Notes: generated by a model not told the origin, from the letters alone. A stretch of 64,000 nt of DNA from an uncultured Actinomycetota bacterium (GCA_963822805.1 CAWGIV010000002.1:43973-107972), one strand, 5' to 3'; counted from the stretch's first letter, positions 51,180-61,460 are shown. Made by a program: numbers and translations.

Positions 51180-52265
51180 ATGTCGAACCTGCGCGGAACA
51201 CGGGCGGCGATCGTCTCCTACCGGCTCGGCGGAGCCGACGGGGTGTCGGTCACCGCAGGACAGTGGGCATGCGCGCTGCGCAGGCTCGGCGTTCGGGTGC
51301 GCACGGTTGCGGGCGGCGGCAGGCCGGACGTGCTGGTCCGCGGCCTGGCGCTGGAGTCGCAGCGGCCGCCGTCTCGGCAGGAGTTGGCGCGGACCCTCGG
51401 CGGCGCCGACCTCGTCGTCGCCGACAACATCTGCTCGCTGCCGATGAACCGCGCGGTCGGCGAGGCGCTCGCGGACCACCTGCGCGGGCGCCCCGCCGTG
51501 CTGCGCCACCACGACCTGCCGTGGGAGCGCCCCCGGTACGCCCATCTCACGAGCTGGCCGCCCGACGACCCGGCCTGGTGGCACGTCACGATCAACGAGC
51601 TCGCCCGCCACACGCTCGCCGCCCGCCGTGGCATCGCCGCCACCACGATCTACCACGGCTTCGCCGAGCGCCCCTGCCCCGAATGGCGCACGGCCGTGCG
51701 GCGCAGGCTCGGGGTGGCCGACGGTCCGTTGATCTTGCAGCCGACCCGGGCCATCCCGCGCAAGGGCATCGACGTCGGGCTCGCCCTCGCCAGGGCTCTC
51801 GGCGGCACCTACTGGCTCACCGGCCCGACCGAGGACGGCTACCAGGCCGAGCTCGACGCGCTCCTCGTGGACGGCGGCGTGCCCTACCGACGGCGGCTGC
51901 CCTTCGGCGTACGGATGCCCGGCGCCTACGCCGCGTGTGACGCCGTCGCGCTGCCGTCGTCGTGGGAGGGGTTCGGGCTGCCGTTGGTCGAGGCCGCGCT
52001 GCACCGGCGCCCGGTCGCGGTCGGGACGTTCCCGGTGGCGCGCGAGCTCGCCTGCTTCGGCTTCCGCTGGTTCGACGCCCACGACCCCGGGCCGCTGCGG
52101 GCCTACCTCGCCGATCCCGACCCGGCGTTGGCCGACCACAACGAGGCGGTCGCGCGCGCCCACTTCGGCATGGACGCGCTCGCCCGCCGCCTGGAGCTGT
52201 TGCTTTCCGGCGCGCCGATGTGCGCGCACTCCGGAGGGGAGGCGGCGGAGATCTGCGCCTGCTGA
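51180..52265 (+). CDS. glycosyltransferase family 4
   Basis: RLGGADGVS, HHDLPWER, PTRAIPRKG, PSSWEGFGLPLVEA. Confidence 0.85.
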   Translation: MSNLRGTRAAIVSYRLGGADGVSVTAGQWACALRRLGVRVRTVAGGGRPDVLVRGLALESQRPPSRQELARTLGGADLVVADNICSLPMNRAVGEALADHLRGRPAVLRHHDLPWERPRYAHLTSWPPDDPAWWHVTINELARHTLAARRGIAATTIYHGFAERPCPEWRTAVRRRLGVADGPLILQPTRAIPRKGIDVGLALARALGGTYWLTGPTEDGYQAELDALLVDGGVPYRRRLPFGVRMPGAYAACDAVALPSSWEGFGLPLVEAALHRRPVAVGTFPVARELACFGFRWFDAHDPGPLRAYLADPDPALADHNEAVARAHFGMDALARRLELLLSGAPMCAHSGGEAAEICAC

Positions 52266-52269
52266 GCGC

Positions 52270-53031
52270 TCACAGCACCTTGGACAGGAACGCCTGCGTG
52301 CGGGCCTCGCGGGGGTGGGCAAGCACCTCCCGCGGGTGTCCTGACTCGACGATCCGGCCGCCGTCCATGAACACCAGCGTGTCGCCGACCTCGCGGGCGA
52401 ACCCCATCTCGTGGGTCACCACGATCATCGTCATGCCGTCGCGGGCGAGCCCGCGCATGACGTCGAGCACCTCACCGACCAGCTCGGGATCGAGCGCGGA
52501 CGTCGGCTCGTCGAACAGCATGAGCCGCGGCTCCATCGCCAGCGCGCGGGCGATCGCCACCCGCTGCTGCTGGCCGCCGGAGAGCTGCATCGGGTACGCG
52601 TCCTGCTTGTCGCTCAGCCCGACCCGCTCCAGCAGCGCCGCCGCCTGCGCACGGCACTTCGCCCTCGCCATCCGCCGCACGGTGCGCGGGCCCTCCATCA
52701 CGTTCTGCGCCGCCGTCATGTGCGGGAACAGGTGGAACCGCTGGAACACCATCCCGATCCCGCGGCGCTGGCGGGCGATCTCGGACTCGCGCAGCTCGTG
52801 CAGCTTGCCGCCCGCCTCGCGGTAGCCGATCAGTTCGCCGTGGACGCGCATCGTGCCCGCGTCGATCCGTTCGAGGTGGTTGACGCAGCGCAGGAACGTC
52901 GACTTGCCCGACCCGGACGGACCGATGATGCACGCCACTTCGCCGGGTTGCACCACCATGTCGACCCCGCGCAACACTTCCGTCGCGCCGAAGCTCTTGC
53001 GCACCCCGACGGCCTCGACCATGGGTGTCAT
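52270..53031 (-). CDS. polar amino-acid ABC transporter ATPase
   Basis: [32 protein letters not shown]. Confidence 0.95.
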   Translation of the reverse strand: MTPMVEAVGVRKSFGATEVLRGVDMVVQPGEVACIIGPSGSGKSTFLRCVNHLERIDAGTMRVHGELIGYREAGGKLHELRESEIARQRRGIGMVFQRFHLFPHMTAAQNVMEGPRTVRRMARAKCRAQAAALLERVGLSDKQDAYPMQLSGGQQQRVAIARALAMEPRLMLFDEPTSALDPELVGEVLDVMRGLARDGMTMIVVTHEMGFAREVGDTLVFMDGGRIVESGHPREVLAHPREARTQAFLSKVL

Positions 53032-53897
53032 CAGCGGCCGCCCACCGCGAACCCGCGCCCGAACCGGCGCTCGATGAACATCTGCCCCACCGAGAGCACC
53101 GACGTCAAGGCCAGATACCAGAGCGCCGCCACGATGAGCAGCGGGATCGTCTGGAACGTGCGCGAGTAGATGGTCTGCACGGCCACCGTCAGCTCGAAGT
53201 ACGCGATGACGACGACCAACGAGGTCGTCTTGAGCATCGAGATGGTCTCGTTGCCGGTTGGCGGCACGATCACCCGCATGGCCTGCGGCAGCACGATCCG
53301 CCGCAGCGTCTGGGTGCGCGACAGCCCCAGCGCGCCCGCGGCCTCACTCTGGCCGTGGTCGACGGACTGGATGCCGCCGCGCACGATCTCCGCCATGTAC
53401 GCGGCCTCGTTGAGCCCCAGGCCGAGCAGCGACGCGGTGAACACCGAGATCACGGCGTTGGTGTCCACCGAGACGAACGTGGGCCCGAACGGGATGCCCA
53501 AACCCAGCCGCGGGTACAGCGAGGCCAGGAAGTTCCAGAAGATCAGCTGGGTGATGAGCGGGGTGCCGCGGAAGAGCCAGATGTAGGCCGCCGCGGACGC
53601 GGCGAGCACCGGGTTCGGCGACAGCCGCATCACCGCGAGCAGTACCCCCCCGATGATCCCGATCGCCATCGCCAGCGCGGTGAGGATCAGCGTGTTGCGC
53701 AGCCCGCGCAGCACCGGCTCGGAGAAGAGGTACTGGCCGACGACGTCCCATTGGAAGTTCGGGTTCGTCAGGAACGAGTGGATCAGCATCGCGGCCAGCA
53801 CCAGGATCACGGCGACCGCGACCCAGCGGCCGGGATGCCGGACCGGCACGGCCTGGATGGCGCGTGCCGTTCCGGCGTCGGTCTGGTCGGCGACCAT
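53031..53897 (-). CDS. polar amino-acid ABC transporter permease
   Basis: [24 protein letters not shown]. Confidence 0.93.
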   Translation of the reverse strand: MVADQTDAGTARAIQAVPVRHPGRWVAVAVILVLAAMLIHSFLTNPNFQWDVVGQYLFSEPVLRGLRNTLILTALAMAIGIIGGVLLAVMRLSPNPVLAASAAAYIWLFRGTPLITQLIFWNFLASLYPRLGLGIPFGPTFVSVDTNAVISVFTASLLGLGLNEAAYMAEIVRGGIQSVDHGQSEAAGALGLSRTQTLRRIVLPQAMRVIVPPTGNETISMLKTTSLVVVIAYFELTVAVQTIYSRTFQTIPLLIVAALWYLALTSVLSVGQMFIERRFGRGFAVGGR

Positions 53898-53902
53898 CGG
53901 GG

Positions 53903-54832
53903 TCAGCCCGTCGGGTTGATCTTCGAGGTGGTGATCGCGCCGGACGAGACGCTCCACTTGTCGAGGATCGCCTTGTAGGTGCCGTCGGTCATCAGGGCCT
54001 GCACCGCGCCCTGGATCGCCTGGGCGTACTTGCCGTCGCCCTTCGGGACCGCGATGCCGTACGGCGCGGTGTCGTAGGCGGCCCCGACGGCCTCCAGTTG
54101 CCCGTGCGTCTGCGCCACCGCGTAGTCGACCACCGGGGAGTCGGCGAGCATCGCCTGCGCCCGCTTGGCGGTGAGGGCCAGCGTGACGTCGGTCTGCGCC
54201 TGGAACTGCGAGACGTTGATCGCGGGCTTGCCCGCCTGGGTGCACTTGGCGTTGCGCGCGGTCAGGTCGTCGACCTGCACGGTGCCGCGCTGCACGGCGA
54301 CGCTCTTGCCGCACAGGTCGTCGACGTTGATCCCGTCGGGGTTGCCCTTGAGCGTGGCCATCTTCGTGCCCGCGGAGAAGTAGGTGACCATGTCGACCTC
54401 CTTCTCCCGGTCGGCGTTGACGGTGAACGAGGACATGCCCAGCTCGTACTTCTTGGCCTCGATGCCGGGCAGGATCCCGTCGAACGCGCTGTTCTGGAAC
54501 TCGGCCTGCAGGCCGAGCTTCTGTGCGATGGCCTTGCCGAGGTCGACGTCCATGCCGATGATCGTCGTTCCGTCCGGGGCGACGAACTCGTTGGGCGCGT
54601 AGGAGGCGTCCGAGCCCACGACGATCTTGCCGTCGGCCGCGACGTCGGGCGGCACCAACGCGGCCAGCGCGGTGTCCTTCTGCTCGGTCGGAATGGTGGC
54701 GGCGGTCGTCGGGCCCGTCGCGCCGCCGCCTGCCTGGCCGCCGCTGCCACCACTGCCGTTGCCGCCCGCGCCGCAGGCCGCCACCGTGAGGGCGAGCAGG
54801 GCGACGGCGAGAGTTCGGGTGCGGACCAACAC
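53903..54832 (-). CDS. amino-acid ABC substrate-binding lipoprotein
   Basis: Lipobox VAAC, YAPNEF, GMDVDL, APYGIAV. Confidence 0.92.
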   Translation of the reverse strand: MLVRTRTLAVALLALTVAACGAGGNGSGGSGGQAGGGATGPTTAATIPTEQKDTALAALVPPDVAADGKIVVGSDASYAPNEFVAPDGTTIIGMDVDLGKAIAQKLGLQAEFQNSAFDGILPGIEAKKYELGMSSFTVNADREKEVDMVTYFSAGTKMATLKGNPDGINVDDLCGKSVAVQRGTVQVDDLTARNAKCTQAGKPAINVSQFQAQTDVTLALTAKRAQAMLADSPVVDYAVAQTHGQLEAVGAAYDTAPYGIAVPKGDGKYAQAIQGAVQALMTDGTYKAILDKWSVSSGAITTSKINPTG

Positions 54833-54979
54833 GTCTCATACCTCCGTCTACGTCGGATGGGTAAGGGCATGCTGCCACTCGGGCCGCCCTGACGAGATCA
54901 CTGTTGCGTGACGACACGGTGGATGAGGCGGCGGGATACGGTGGGCCCGACCGACTCGCGCAATCCCGGAGGTACCCCG

Positions 54980-55198
54980 ATGTCGATGGTCAAGAAGCTC
55001 GCGGTGCTGGCGGCCGCGGCCGCGGCCGCGCAGCAGTACGCGAAGAAGAACCCCGAACAGGCGGCCAAGTTCGTCGACCAGGCCGCCGGGTTCGTCGACA
55101 AGCAGACGAAGGGCCGCTACTCCGGCCAGATCAGCGACGTCGCGCAGAAGGCGAAGTCCGCGGCGGGCATCGACCGCCCGGGGCCCGTCACACCCTGA
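54980..55198 (+). CDS. Rv0909/MT0933-like small protein (annotated antitoxin family)
   Basis: VDQAAGFVDKQTKGRYSGQI; GGAGG SD. Confidence 0.75.
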   Translation: MSMVKKLAVLAAAAAAAQQYAKKNPEQAAKFVDQAAGFVDKQTKGRYSGQISDVAQKAKSAAGIDRPGPVTP

Positions 55199-55329
55199 TC
55201 CGGCCGCGGGGGACGTGCCAGGATTGCGGGTAGGCCGTGTGCGGCGCCCCGACCGGGCCCCGCGCACGGCGCGGAACCGGGCCCGCGGCCACAAGCCGGA
55301 GCGCGCCCGTCGAGCACAGGAGGTCCACA

Positions 55330-56502
55330 GTGTCCATACCCCAACCGTGGCCGCCGGAGTCCGTCGCCACCCCCGAGCACCTGGTGGCCGCGCTGCACGC
55401 CACCGACGAGGGCGGCGCCGATCTCGTCCAGCTGCTGACCCCGGAAGGCGAGCGGGTGCCGGACGAGCGGTTCGACGCCTACGCCGCCGACGTCGGCGTC
55501 GCCGAACTGCAGGGCCTCTACCGCGACATGGTGCTGGTGCGCCGCTTCGACCGCGAGGCCAACGCCCTGCAGCGCCAAGGCCAGCTCGGCATCTGGGTGC
55601 CGCTGCTCGGCCAGGAGGCCGCGCAGGTCGGGGCCGGACGCGCGCTCGCCCCGCAGGACATGGCGTTCCCCTCCTACCGGGAGCACGGCGTGGCGTGGTG
55701 CCGTGGGATCGACCCCACCGAGCTGCTGGGGATCTTCCGGGGCACCGACAACGGCAGTTGGGACCCGCGAACGACCCATTTCCACCTCTACACGATCGTC
55801 ATCGGCAACCAGTGCCTCAACGCCACCGGCTACGCGATGGGGCAGAAGTTCGAGTCGAAGGTGGGCGACGGGCCGGACGCCGAGGCCACCATCTGCTTCT
55901 TCGGCGACGGCGCCACGAGCCAGGGCGACGTCCACGAGGGCTTCGTCTGGGCCGCGGTCTACGACGCGCCCGTCGTCTTCTACTGCCAGAACAACCAGTG
56001 GGCCATCTCCGAGCCCACCGAACGGCAGTCGCGCGGGCCGCTCTACAAGCGCGCGCAGGGCTACGGCTTCCCCGGCATCCGGGTGGACGGCAACGACGTG
56101 CTCGCCTGCCTGGCCGTCACCCGCTGGGCGCTGGAGGAGTGCCGCACCGGCAACGGGCCCGTGCTCGTCGAGGCGTTCACGTACCGGATGGACGCGCACA
56201 CCACCTCCGACGACCCCACCCGCTACCGCCTTGCCGACGAGCTCGAGCTGTGGAAGCTCAAGGACCCCATCGAGCGGGTGCGCGTGCATCTGGTCCGGTC
56301 GCTCCAGGTGGGGCAGGAGTTCTTCGACGAGGTGGCGGCCGAGGCCGACGCGCTCGCGGCGCGGTTCCGGCAGTTCTGCATGGACATGCCCGCGCCCGGG
56401 CCGGCCCGGATATTCTCCGAGGTCTACGCGGAGGAGTCGCCGGTGCTCGCGGCCCAGCGCGACGCGTTCCTGGCCTACCACGCTTCTTTCGAGGGGGCGT
56501 GA
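55330..56502 (+). CDS. pdhA: 2-oxo-acid (pyruvate/branched-chain) dehydrogenase E1 alpha
   Basis: GQEAAQVG, FGDGATSQGD..NN ThDP motif, HTTSDDP. Confidence 0.9.
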   Translation: MSIPQPWPPESVATPEHLVAALHATDEGGADLVQLLTPEGERVPDERFDAYAADVGVAELQGLYRDMVLVRRFDREANALQRQGQLGIWVPLLGQEAAQVGAGRALAPQDMAFPSYREHGVAWCRGIDPTELLGIFRGTDNGSWDPRTTHFHLYTIVIGNQCLNATGYAMGQKFESKVGDGPDAEATICFFGDGATSQGDVHEGFVWAAVYDAPVVFYCQNNQWAISEPTERQSRGPLYKRAQGYGFPGIRVDGNDVLACLAVTRWALEECRTGNGPVLVEAFTYRMDAHTTSDDPTRYRLADELELWKLKDPIERVRVHLVRSLQVGQEFFDEVAAEADALAARFRQFCMDMPAPGPARIFSEVYAEESPVLAAQRDAFLAYHASFEGA

Positions 56503-56507
56503 GTGAG

Positions 56508-57482
56508 ATGGCCACGCTGACGTTGGCGAAGGCGTTGAACGGGGGCCTGCGCGCCGCGATGGAGCGCGACCCGAAGGTGCTCGTGATGGGGGAGGACGTC
56601 GGCAAGCTCGGCGGTGTCTTCCGCGTCACCGATGGGCTGCAGAAGGACTTCGGCGAGCTGCGCGTGCTCGACACGCCGCTGGCCGAGTCGGGGATCATCG
56701 GCACGGCCGTGGGGCTCGCGATCCGCGGGTTCCGGCCGGTGTGCGAGATCCAGTTCGACGGGTTCGTGTTCCCCGGCTACGACCAGATCGTGTCGCAGCT
56801 GGCGAAGCTGCACTTCCGGTCGCAGGGGCGGGTGCCGGTGCCGGTGGTGGTGCGGATCCCGTTCGGGGGCGGGATCGGTGCGGTGGAGCACCACAGCGAG
56901 TCGCCGGAGGCGCTGTTCGCGCACGTCCCGGGGCTGAAGGTGGTGGCGTGCTCGAACCCGGGCGACGCGTACTGGATGATCCAACAGGCCATCGCCACCG
57001 ACGACCCGGTGATCTTCTTCGAGCCCAAGCGGCGCTACTGGGAGAAGGCCGAGGTCGACCTCGACGCCACCCCGCTGCCGCTGCACAGCGCGCGAGTGGT
57101 GCGGCCGGGGTCCACCGGCACGCTCGTCGGGTACGGCGCCATGCTCAAGACGTGCCTGGAGGCGGCGACGGCGGGTGTCGAGGACGGCCACGACCTGGAG
57201 GTGATCGACCTGCGCACGCTCTCGCCGCTCGACCTCGGCCCGGTCGTCGCGTCCGTGCGGCGGACGGGGCGGCTGGTGGTGGTCGCGGAGGCGCCGTCGG
57301 AGGTGTCGGTGGCCGCCGAGGTGGCGGCGCGGGTGCAGGAGGAGTGCTTCCACTCGCTGGAGGCGCCGGTGCTGCGCGTCACCGGGTTCGACACGCCCTA
57401 CCCGCCGTCCAAATGCGAGGACGACTACCTCCCCGACCTCGACCGGGTGCTCGACGCCGTCGACCGCTCCCTGGCCTGGTGA
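56508..57482 (+). CDS. pdhB: 2-oxo-acid dehydrogenase E1 beta
   Basis: GEDVGKLGGVFR, DTPLAESG, EIQF, HHSESPE. Confidence 0.9.
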   Translation: MATLTLAKALNGGLRAAMERDPKVLVMGEDVGKLGGVFRVTDGLQKDFGELRVLDTPLAESGIIGTAVGLAIRGFRPVCEIQFDGFVFPGYDQIVSQLAKLHFRSQGRVPVPVVVRIPFGGGIGAVEHHSESPEALFAHVPGLKVVACSNPGDAYWMIQQAIATDDPVIFFEPKRRYWEKAEVDLDATPLPLHSARVVRPGSTGTLVGYGAMLKTCLEAATAGVEDGHDLEVIDLRTLSPLDLGPVVASVRRTGRLVVVAEAPSEVSVAAEVAARVQEECFHSLEAPVLRVTGFDTPYPPSKCEDDYLPDLDRVLDAVDRSLAW

Positions 57483-57546
57483 CGCCGATGGCGGCCGCGG
57501 GACGCACCGTTCGCCGTAGCCCGGCGACGTGGCGTGGAGGGGCGAA

Positions 57547-59106
57547 ATGAGACGCGAGTTCGCCATGCCGGACGTGGGCGAGGGGCTGACCGAGGCCGAG
57601 ATCGTCACATGGAATGTGGCGGTGGGCGACACCGTCGTGGTCAACCAGATCCTGTGCGAGATCGAGACGGCGAAGGCGGCGGTCGAATTACCCTCGCCGT
57701 TCGCGGGGACGATCGGCGCGCTGCTGGCGCAGCCGGGCGAGACCGTGACGGTCGGGCGACCGATCGTGATGATCGAGACGGCGGAGCCGACATCTGCGCG
57801 CGCCCCGCCCGGCGCGGCTGCACCCTCCGCCGCACGGCCCGCCACGCCTGCCGGCCCGCCCGCGGCCACCGGGGCAGCTGCCCCGCCCGGCGCAACTGCA
57901 CCCTCTACCGCACCCACCACCTCTGCCACCCCGGCCGCCGCCCCTTCGGGCGCCGGGACGGCCGCGGCCGAGGGCGGAGCGAAGATCGGTGAGGCCGGGG
58001 TGGACGGTCGCATCGCCACGCTGGTCGGCTACGGCCCGCGCCCCGGCTCGGTCACGCGGCGCCCCCGCCGCACGTCGCCTGCGCCACCCGCCGGGACAGG
58101 GTCTCCATCGCAGCAGGGTGACGTTGCTCCGACCCCGTCGCAGCCGGGTGACGTTGCTCCAACCCCGTCGCAGCAGCGTGACATCCCTCCGGCCCGGTCG
58201 CAGCAGGGCGACATTCCTCCGATGCGGGCCGGGCACAACATCGCAGTCCCGCTGGCCAAGCCGCCGGTGCGCAAGCTCGCCAAGGACCTGGGCGTGGACC
58301 TCCGCGAGGTCATCCCGTCCCGCCCGGACGGGGTCATCACCCGCGAGGACGTGCGGGCGTACATCGACGGTGCCGCAGCCGCAGGGGCGCCCCCGGCACC
58401 CGTGGCTGCGGGCGAGCGGCGGGTGCCGATCCGCGGCGTGCGCCGGGCGACCGCCGCCGCGATGGTCGCGAGCGCGTTCACGGCGCCGCACGTCACGGAG
58501 TTCCTCGCCGTCGACGTCACCGCGACGATGGCCCTCCGCGACCGCCTCCGCGCCACCCGCGAGTACGCCGACGCCCGGCTCACCCCGCTGGCGTTCGTCG
58601 CCAAGGCCGTGTGCCTCGCCGCGCGTCGGACGCCCGAGGTCAACGCGCACTGGGACGAGGCGGCAGGCGAGATCGTCTACTACGACCGCGTCCAGCTCGG
58701 CATCGCCGCCGCCACGCCGCGGGGCTTGATCGTGCCCAAGATCCGCAACGCGGACACGTTGTCGCTGGCGCAGCTCGCCACCGCGCTCGGCGAGCTGACC
58801 GCGACGGCACGCGAGGGGAAGACGCCGCCCACCGATCTCGTCGGCGGCACCTTCACGATCACCAACGTCGGCGTCTTCGGCGTCGACACCGGCACCCCGA
58901 TCCTCAACCCCGGCGAGGCGGCGATCCTGGCCGTCGGCTCGATCAAGCAGGCGCCGTGGGTGGTCGACGGGGCGTTGGCCGTCCGCACGGTGTGCCAGCT
59001 CGCGCTGTCGTTCGACCATCGCCTGGTCGACGGCGAGCAGGGCAGCCGTTTCCTCGCCGACGTCGGAGCGCTGCTGGAGGACCCGGCCTTGGCACTGACC
59101 TTCTAG
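57547..59106 (+). CDS. pdhC: dihydrolipoamide acyltransferase E2
   Basis: Lipoyl ETAKA, AKPPVRKLAK, FDHRLVDG. Confidence 0.92.
   Translation: MRREFAMPDVGEGLTEAEIVTWNVAVGDTVVVNQILCEIETAKAAVELPSPFAGTIGALLAQPGETVTVGRPIVMIETAEPTSARAPPGAAAPSAARPATPAGPPAATGAAAPPGATAPSTAPTTSATPAAAPSGAGTAAAEGGAKIGEAGVDGRIATLVGYGPRPGSVTRRPRRTSPAPPAGTGSPSQQGDVAPTPSQPGDVAPTPSQQRDIPPARSQQGDIPPMRAGHNIAVPLAKPPVRKLAKDLGVDLREVIPSRPDGVITREDVRAYIDGAAAAGAPPAPVAAGERRVPIRGVRRATAAAMVASAFTAPHVTEFLAVDVTATMALRDRLRATREYADARLTPLAFVAKAVCLAARRTPEVNAHWDEAAGEIVYYDRVQLGIAAATPRGLIVPKIRNADTLSLAQLATALGELTATAREGKTPPTDLVGGTFTITNVGVFGVDTGTPILNPGEAAILAVGSIKQAPWVVDGALAVRTVCQLALSFDHRLVDGEQGSRFLADVGALLEDPALALTF
58108..58221 (+). repeat. in-frame 30-bp repeat x4 in the E2 linker
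   Basis: SQQGDVAPTP-like units. Confidence 0.85.
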
Positions 59107-59127
59107 CCGTGCGGCGGCTTGACCCGC

Positions 59128-59194
59128 CATGATCGTCAGTTGGGTGCGATTCCGGCCGGATTTGGCCGCCCTGCGCACCGAACCGGTGATCAAG
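59128..59194. repeat. 67-bp palindromic element, copy 4
   Basis: catgatcgtcagttgggtgcgattccggccggatttggcc...gaaccggtgatc. Confidence 0.8.
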
Positions 59195-59248
59195 CAGCGA
59201 CGGTGCGGTCTCGGGAAACTCTGGACACCCGTGCGGCGTTATAGCGGT

Positions 59249-59707
59249 ATGCCGTTCGTCCTGCTCTACCTTGTGGTCGAGATCGTTGCGCTGGTGGCGC
59301 TCGGGTCCGTGATCGGGCTCGGGTGGACGCTGCTCGTGCTGTTGGCCAGTGCGCTGGTCGGCATGTGGCTCGCCCGGCGGGAAGGGGTGCGAGCGGCGCA
59401 GGCCATCACCGAGGCGGTCACCCAACGACGGGTGCCGCACGCCGAGCTCACCGACGGCATGCTGGTCGCCGGGGCCGGTGTGCTGCTGTTCGTGCCCGGT
59501 CTCGTCACTGACGTCGTGGGCTTCCTGCTCCTGCTGCCACCGGTCCGCCGGATGGTCCGCAACCGCCTCGTCCGCGCCGCCGAGGAGCGGGTCCCCGAGC
59601 TGCGCACGGCGCGCATCCGCGCGGGCGCCACGATTGTCGACGGCGATGTGGCCCGTCCCCGCCCCGACGTCCCGGTGATCGAGGGCGCGGTCGTCCCGCG
59701 CGCCTGA
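59249..59707 (+). CDS. fxsA: FxsA-family membrane protein
   Basis: VEI, GVLLFVPGLVTDVVG..LLLPPVR. Confidence 0.88.
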   Translation: MPFVLLYLVVEIVALVALGSVIGLGWTLLVLLASALVGMWLARREGVRAAQAITEAVTQRRVPHAELTDGMLVAGAGVLLFVPGLVTDVVGFLLLLPPVRRMVRNRLVRAAEERVPELRTARIRAGATIVDGDVARPRPDVPVIEGAVVPRA

Positions 59708-59777
59708 CCTGCGCGTCCGGGGACGCTCGCCCCGGGGTGCACGCCGCCTGCGCGCCCGGGGACGCCCGCCCGGGTGC

Positions 59778-59847
59778 ACCTCGCAGAGGCGATGGAGACC
59801 TCGCAGAGGCCACTGGCTCTGCGAGGTGACAACCAACTCTGCGAGGG
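59778..59847. repeat. double inverted repeat with 20-bp period
   Basis: cctcgcagag x2 followed by ctctgcgagg x2. Confidence 0.8.
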
Positions 59848-60037
59848 CGGCGCCGCCGGAGCCGCCCCGCGCGGGGCGGCGCGGTCGGAGCCGCCCCGCG
59901 CGCGACAGCTCGATCGGGCTCTCTAACGCTCTCTAGCTCGTCTGCGAGAATCGTGGATATCCGCCGATCGACGACACGCGATCGCGTTCGATAGCCGGTT
60001 CTACGGTTCGCCCAATATTCCCCGATACGCTCCGATC

Positions 60038-61228
60038 GTGGACCCCGTGCGCAACCCCTTCGCTCCCGGCGCGGGACAGCGGCCGCCCGAGCTGGCGGGC
60101 CGCGACCGCGAGCTGGACGCGTTCGAGATCGTGCTCGAACGGGTCGCGCGTGGCCGCCCCGAGCGCAGCCTTGTGCTCACCGGCCTGCGCGGCGTCGGCA
60201 AGACGGTGCTGCTCGGCGAGCTGCGGTCGATGGCGGTCCGGGCGGGCTGGGGGGCGGGCAAGATCGAGGCGCGCCCGGAGGCCGACCTGCGCCGTCCGCT
60301 CTCCGCCGCGCTGCACCGCGCGATCCGCGACCTCGCCGTCCACCACTCCGACCTCGACCGCGTCGACGAGGTGCTGGGGGTCCTCAAGGCGTTCGCCCTC
60401 CGCTCCTCCCCCGACGGCGCGAAGCTGCGCGACCGCTGGCAGCCCGGCATCGACGTCGCCGTCCGCTCCGGCCGTGCCGACTCCGGCGACATCGAGATCG
60501 ACCTCGTCGAGTTGTTCACCGAGGTCGCGGCCCTGGCGTCGGACGTGCAGAGCGGCGTCGCGATCCTCATCGACGAGATGCAGGACCTCCGTCCCGACGA
60601 CGTGTCGGCGCTGTGCGCGGCGTGCCATGAGCTGTCGCAGTCGCGGGCGCCGCTCGTCGTCGTCGGCGCGGGCCTGCCGCACCTGCCCGCCGTGCTCTCG
60701 GCGTCGAAGTCCTACTCGGAGCGCCTCTTCACCTACGTCCGCATCGGCCAACTCGACCGCCCCGACGCCGACTTCGCCCTCCTCGCCCCAGCCGAGCGCG
60801 AGGACGCCACCTTCGACGCCGACGCCCTCGACGCCCTCTACGCCGCGTCGGGCGGCTACCCGTACTTCGTCCAGGCGTACGGCAAGGCCAGCTGGGACGC
60901 CGCGGTCCGCTCCCCGATCACCGCGGACGATGTCAAGATGGCCGCGCCGGAGGCCGAGGCCGAGCTCGCCGTCGGCTTCTTCGGCTCCCGCTTCGAGCGC
61001 GCCACTCCGGCCGAGCGCGAGTACCTGCGCGCGATGGCCGAACTCACCGACGGCCGCGACGAGCCGATCGGCACGTCGGGCATCGCCGAGCACCTGCAGC
61101 GCCGGGCGTCGTCGCTCTCGCCTGCTCGCGACAGCCTCATGAAGAAGGGCCTTGTCTTCTCCGCCCAACGCGGCCAGATCGCCTTCACGGTGCCCCACTT
61201 CGGTCGCTACCTCCTCGCGCAGACCTGA
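60038..61228 (+). CDS. AAA_16/STAND-like ATPase with C-terminal winged helix
   Basis: NPF.PG.G..PP.LAGR, GLRGVGKT, IDEMQ, GGYPYF. Confidence 0.88.
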   Translation: MDPVRNPFAPGAGQRPPELAGRDRELDAFEIVLERVARGRPERSLVLTGLRGVGKTVLLGELRSMAVRAGWGAGKIEARPEADLRRPLSAALHRAIRDLAVHHSDLDRVDEVLGVLKAFALRSSPDGAKLRDRWQPGIDVAVRSGRADSGDIEIDLVELFTEVAALASDVQSGVAILIDEMQDLRPDDVSALCAACHELSQSRAPLVVVGAGLPHLPAVLSASKSYSERLFTYVRIGQLDRPDADFALLAPAEREDATFDADALDALYAASGGYPYFVQAYGKASWDAAVRSPITADDVKMAAPEAEAELAVGFFGSRFERATPAEREYLRAMAELTDGRDEPIGTSGIAEHLQRRASSLSPARDSLMKKGLVFSAQRGQIAFTVPHFGRYLLAQT

Positions 61229-61359
61229 CGCACTTCGCACTCCTTCGAGGTGGACCCAAAAGGGTGCAAAGTCGGGGCGCTGCCACTCCGTTCGAGTGAA
61301 TTGGGCGGCCGCGCCGTGGGGCCGTAACACCGGGCCCGGTCCGACCGAATCCCTGTACA

Positions 61360-61410
61360 GCCCCGTGGTGCTGTCGGACCCCCGACCTGCCAGCACCGCG
61401 GGGCCTTCTC
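61360..61410 (+). terminator. 14-bp hairpin with C-rich loop and pyrimidine tail
   Basis: gccccgtggtgctg / cagcaccgcggggc followed by cttctc. Confidence 0.55.
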
Positions 61411-61460
61411 GTGGCCCCCGGGTCCGCGACGGCGCGGCCGTCGCCGATACCATCGGACCG

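Noticed and set aside
50430-52265. AhpD-like enzyme and GT4 as tailoring enzymes for the peptide
   Set aside because: Both belong to widespread stand-alone families; co-orientation is the only link and no RiPP-specific enzyme is recognisable.
54980-55198. Toxin-antitoxin module
   Set aside because: No adjacent toxin gene; this family often occurs alone.
61234-61300. CIRCE-like half-sites upstream of the groES-like gene
   Set aside because: TTCGCACTC and GGGTGCAAA are 19 bp apart and the second CACTC/GAGTG pair is 5 bp apart, whereas HrcA needs a 9-bp spacer.
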